Shown here: in pieces, positions 61,601 to 64,000 of the stretch
Position numbering within the stretch: position 1 is the stretch's first letter
Layout: the number at the start of each line of letters is the position of its first letter
Origin: Clostridia bacterium
GTDB lineage: Bacteria > Bacillota > Clostridia > Oscillospirales > CAG-382
DNA: 64,000 nt
Direction: 5' to 3'
Assembly (NCBI GenBank): GCA_017625615.1
Contig: JAGAKP010000060.1
Span: 24,005 to 88,004 of the forward strand
Program-made: the position numbers and the translations under genes
Notes under the pieces: model-generated
What the model saw: only the letters and a program-made list of their open reading frames with translations
The model's database searches: none
Told to the model about the DNA's origin: nothing

Positions 61601-62774
61601 AAATTATCTCCTTCCGCATACCGATATCACGGTTTACCACAACGTGTGCTTTTATAAAGTACACGTTGTTTTTTTCATTTCTTCCTTCCTCCGTATCTAT
61701 GCTTACTATTTCACCCATTGCTTCTTTCTGACACCAGGCGTTGAACCGTTTTTGCGCTTCTCTTTTTGCTTCCTCCTCGGTTATTGAGTATTGGGCTTCC
61801 TCGTATTCCGCGTAAAGGGCTTTGGATATTTTTATAGGTAATTTCAGCCCGAATAGCGTAAGGCTTTCCTCCGCAGCGCGTATATCGTATTTTTCAAACT
61901 CCGTTTCTTCCTTAAAAAACAGCCTTATGGGAAAGCCGATAAGGTATATTTCCGTTTTCGTTTCCGTTCTTCCCGTATAATATTTTCCCGTCATATCAAG
62001 GGGTACCTCAAACAAAAGGTTTTCCGCCACGTCGGCAAAAATATATCCCTTTGCGTTTACTATTTTGTACGCGCCGAAACGGTTTTCCACAAAACCGTTT
62101 ATAAGAAGCTGTCCCTCGGTAACCACCTGCCCCACCTTCACCTCGGGGTGCCCCTCCACTGCGGTAACGCTCGTTATAATTCCGTCGGCTTTGGCAACCA
62201 GATTGCAATATCCGTCCTCGGGGAACACGCTTTCGGGCTTAGGCACTCGTTCAATAACGTCCACCGTTGCCACCGTACCCTTTACGTTTATGGCAAGTGA
62301 GGATAGGGGAGAGTAGTCCAAAAGTATATATTCCGCAGTGCGGTCCGCGTCCATGGAGGGGATATAGGTGCCTATCCCCACACCGTGCCTTGCAAGGACC
62401 TTAAGTATCTCCTTTTCGCTTATATTTACGTTGCCCGTAACCTGCACGTCCCACAAAAACAGCGATGAAAAGAGCAAAAACGCCGCTCCCAGAATAATAC
62501 CCAAATATATTCCGTACCGCTTTCGGTAGCGGGACACTATAAAGGGAAGTCCACTTTCCTCGGTTATTTCCGCCTGCACGCCGTGCTTTTCCCCTTCTGC
62601 CATAAGGGGCTTGCAGGAAAAAAGACTTGCCTTTACTGTTATGCCATTTTCCGTCGGCTCGGGCGAAAAAAAGAATATACCCTTTTCCTTGCAGGCGTTA
62701 AGTATTTCGGGCGCTTTGTCCGCGGGGAGAAGCAGGGTGTAAAAGCCAAAAAACTTACGTATGAGTCGGTTCAT
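61575..62774 (-). CDS. yqfD: sporulation protein YqfD
   Basis: About 400 aa with one central TM segment. Follows yqfC. I chose the ATG at 62774 (MNRLIRKFFGFY). Confidence 0.78.
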   Translation of the reverse strand: MNRLIRKFFGFYTLLLPADKAPEILNACKEKGIFFFSPEPTENGITVKASLFSCKPLMAEGEKHGVQAEITEESGLPFIVSRYRKRYGIYLGIILGAAFLLFSSLFLWDVQVTGNVNISEKEILKVLARHGVGIGTYIPSMDADRTAEYILLDYSPLSSLAINVKGTVATVDVIERVPKPESVFPEDGYCNLVAKADGIITSVTAVEGHPEVKVGQVVTEGQLLINGFVENRFGAYKIVNAKGYIFADVAENLLFEVPLDMTGKYYTGRTETKTEIYLIGFPIRLFFKEETEFEKYDIRAAEESLTLFGLKLPIKISKALYAEYEEAQYSITEEEAKREAQKRFNAWCQKEAMGEIVSIDTEEGRNEKNNVYFIKAHVVVNRDIGMRKEIIFTYPNKLP

Positions 62775-62994
62775 AGTCCACACCCCGTATAATTCCGTCA
62801 ATGCCGATGCGGTCACCGGACATATAGTGCATCTTCAGCCTTTTTCCGCGGACGGTAAGGGTAAGCCGCTTTCCCTCCAGCACTATTTTTTCACTGCCGT
62901 ATTCCAGCATTTTTCCGTATCCGTCCGCCGCAAGATAGCGGTTGCCCCGTATCTCCAGAAATTCTCCCAATAGGGTATCGGGCATTTTTTTCAT
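62755..62994 (-). CDS. yqfC: sporulation protein YqfC (YabP family)
   Basis: 79 aa. Contains KIVLEGKRLTLTVRGKRLKMHYMSGDRIGIDGIIRGVDY. Paired with yqfD. Confidence 0.8.
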   Translation of the reverse strand: MKKMPDTLLGEFLEIRGNRYLAADGYGKMLEYGSEKIVLEGKRLTLTVRGKRLKMHYMSGDRIGIDGIIRGVDYEPTHT

Positions 62995-63040
62995 ATTTAT
63001 CCCGCCTTTCCGTATATATTATTAACGGAGTTGATGGTTT

Positions 63041-63928
63041 ATGAATATAAAGCCGCGCCGTGTGGCAGGTGTCACGGTGAATATTGTGTTTATCGGGGTG
63101 TTCGTGTATCTGCTTATCTTCCCCGAAAAGGCGACGGACGCCACCGCACAGGCTCTCTTCTTTTGCGCGGAAAGTATTATTCCCTCCCTTTTTATATATC
63201 TGGTGCTGTCAAAGCGGATAGTGGCGATAAGGGCAGTTTCGGAGCTGTGCACCCGTCCTGTTTTGGGAAGTATTTTTACGGTGGCCTTGGGCTTGGTGTG
63301 TGGATTTCCCGCGGGAGCACGTAACTGCGTATATCTGCACGAGGAGGGGTATATATCCAAAAAACGGGCGGAATATCTGTGCTGTCTGTGCTCGGGCGCA
63401 TCAGTGTCCTTTATTCTTGCCTTTGCGGGCGTTTCCGTTATGGGAAGCGTTATGCACGGAATAAAAATACTGCTTATTCAATGTGCTGCGACCATCGTCA
63501 CCGCCGCGGTGCTGTATCCCTTTTTGCTGAAAGGTGAAAAGAAAATCTCTGCCAAAACAAAAAAACGCATCCGTAATACCGATATTACGGATGCCATAGC
63601 CGATTCTGCCTTTCTCTGCGTGCGTATATGCGGATTTATCGCCTGCTTTTTCGTGCTCGGCTCACTTTGCGCGGGATTTTTTAAGGAGGGGAGTATATGG
63701 GCTGTTACCGTGCGTGGAATATTCGAGTTTTCCGGCGGAATAGCGCGCACCTCGGTTTTCGATATCGATACCCGCGAGGTGTTGTGCTGTCTGTTTTTGG
63801 GCTTTGGGTCATTTTCCGCAATACTGCAAACTGCTTCCGTTATGAAAAACACCCTTTCCGTCAAGCCCTTTATAATTTCAAGACTTATTATGGGCGCCCT
63901 TATGGCGGTTTTCGCCTTGGTCACTTGA
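63041..63928 (+). CDS. YlbJ-like sporulation integral membrane protein
   Basis: 295 aa. The N-terminus FPEKATDATAQALFFCAESIIPSLFIYLVLS resembles the B. subtilis YlbJ N-terminus as I recall it. Confidence 0.55.
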   Translation: MNIKPRRVAGVTVNIVFIGVFVYLLIFPEKATDATAQALFFCAESIIPSLFIYLVLSKRIVAIRAVSELCTRPVLGSIFTVALGLVCGFPAGARNCVYLHEEGYISKKRAEYLCCLCSGASVSFILAFAGVSVMGSVMHGIKILLIQCAATIVTAAVLYPFLLKGEKKISAKTKKRIRNTDITDAIADSAFLCVRICGFIACFFVLGSLCAGFFKEGSIWAVTVRGIFEFSGGIARTSVFDIDTREVLCCLFLGFGSFSAILQTASVMKNTLSVKPFIISRLIMGALMAVFALVT

Positions 63929-63971
63929 CAAAATCACCTCCCCGTCGTATAATAAAAGGGAGGTGAAAAAT

Positions 63972-64000
63972 ATGTCTGCTTCTGTCGATAAGGGCTGTAT
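63972..64000 (+). CDS. start of an unidentified ORF (truncated by the window edge)
   Basis: GGAGGTG RBS 6 nt before the ATG at 63972. Only 9 codons are visible. Confidence 0.3.

Overview
This 64-kb window looks like a chromosomal segment of a spore-forming Firmicute, probably Clostridia. That placement is my inference from spoIIAA-spoIIAB-sigF, yqfC/yqfD, a ylbJ-like gene and overall gene content. No database search was possible. Most of the window is housekeeping. It includes: a minus-strand purine operon (purE-purF-purM-purN-IMP cyclohydrolase-purB-AICAR formyltransferase-purD-purL) behind a ZTP (pfl) riboswitch; a five-gene branched-chain amino-acid ABC transporter; lysA; trmL-mnmE-mnmG-rsmG; secA; asnB; a cyclophilin; rsmI; polA; serA-serC; a P-type ATPase; peptidases; and sporulation genes. 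Three things stand out. (1) An AT-richer accessory region at about 22.0-29.1 kb ends at a stand-alone tRNA-Gln. It holds single-gene cassettes: an ADP-ribosylglycohydrolase and two orphan proteins. Two of the cassettes sit behind a near-identical promoter/RBS module and are separated by short-hairpin arrays, one of which can fold into a perfect four-way junction. The same region also carries an orphan two-gene operon and an XRE-TPR regulator. (2) A second AT-rich islet at about 52.0-54.6 kb encodes a secreted beta-trefoil lectin / Ig-like / atypical metzincin protein and a lipoprotein. Both lie behind a leader ORF whose stop codon sits inside a terminator stem. (3) Two families of intergenic structured repeats are scattered through core operons. 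One has the form CGGGGTCCCC...GGGGTGAT with covarying arms. The other is a REP-like hairpin carrying a GTAG/CTAC tail. The first family often abuts stop codons. I found no CRISPR array, integrase, transposase, prophage or rRNA. Functional calls rest on motifs I could read in the translations. Nothing was checked by BLAST, HMM or covariance-model search.
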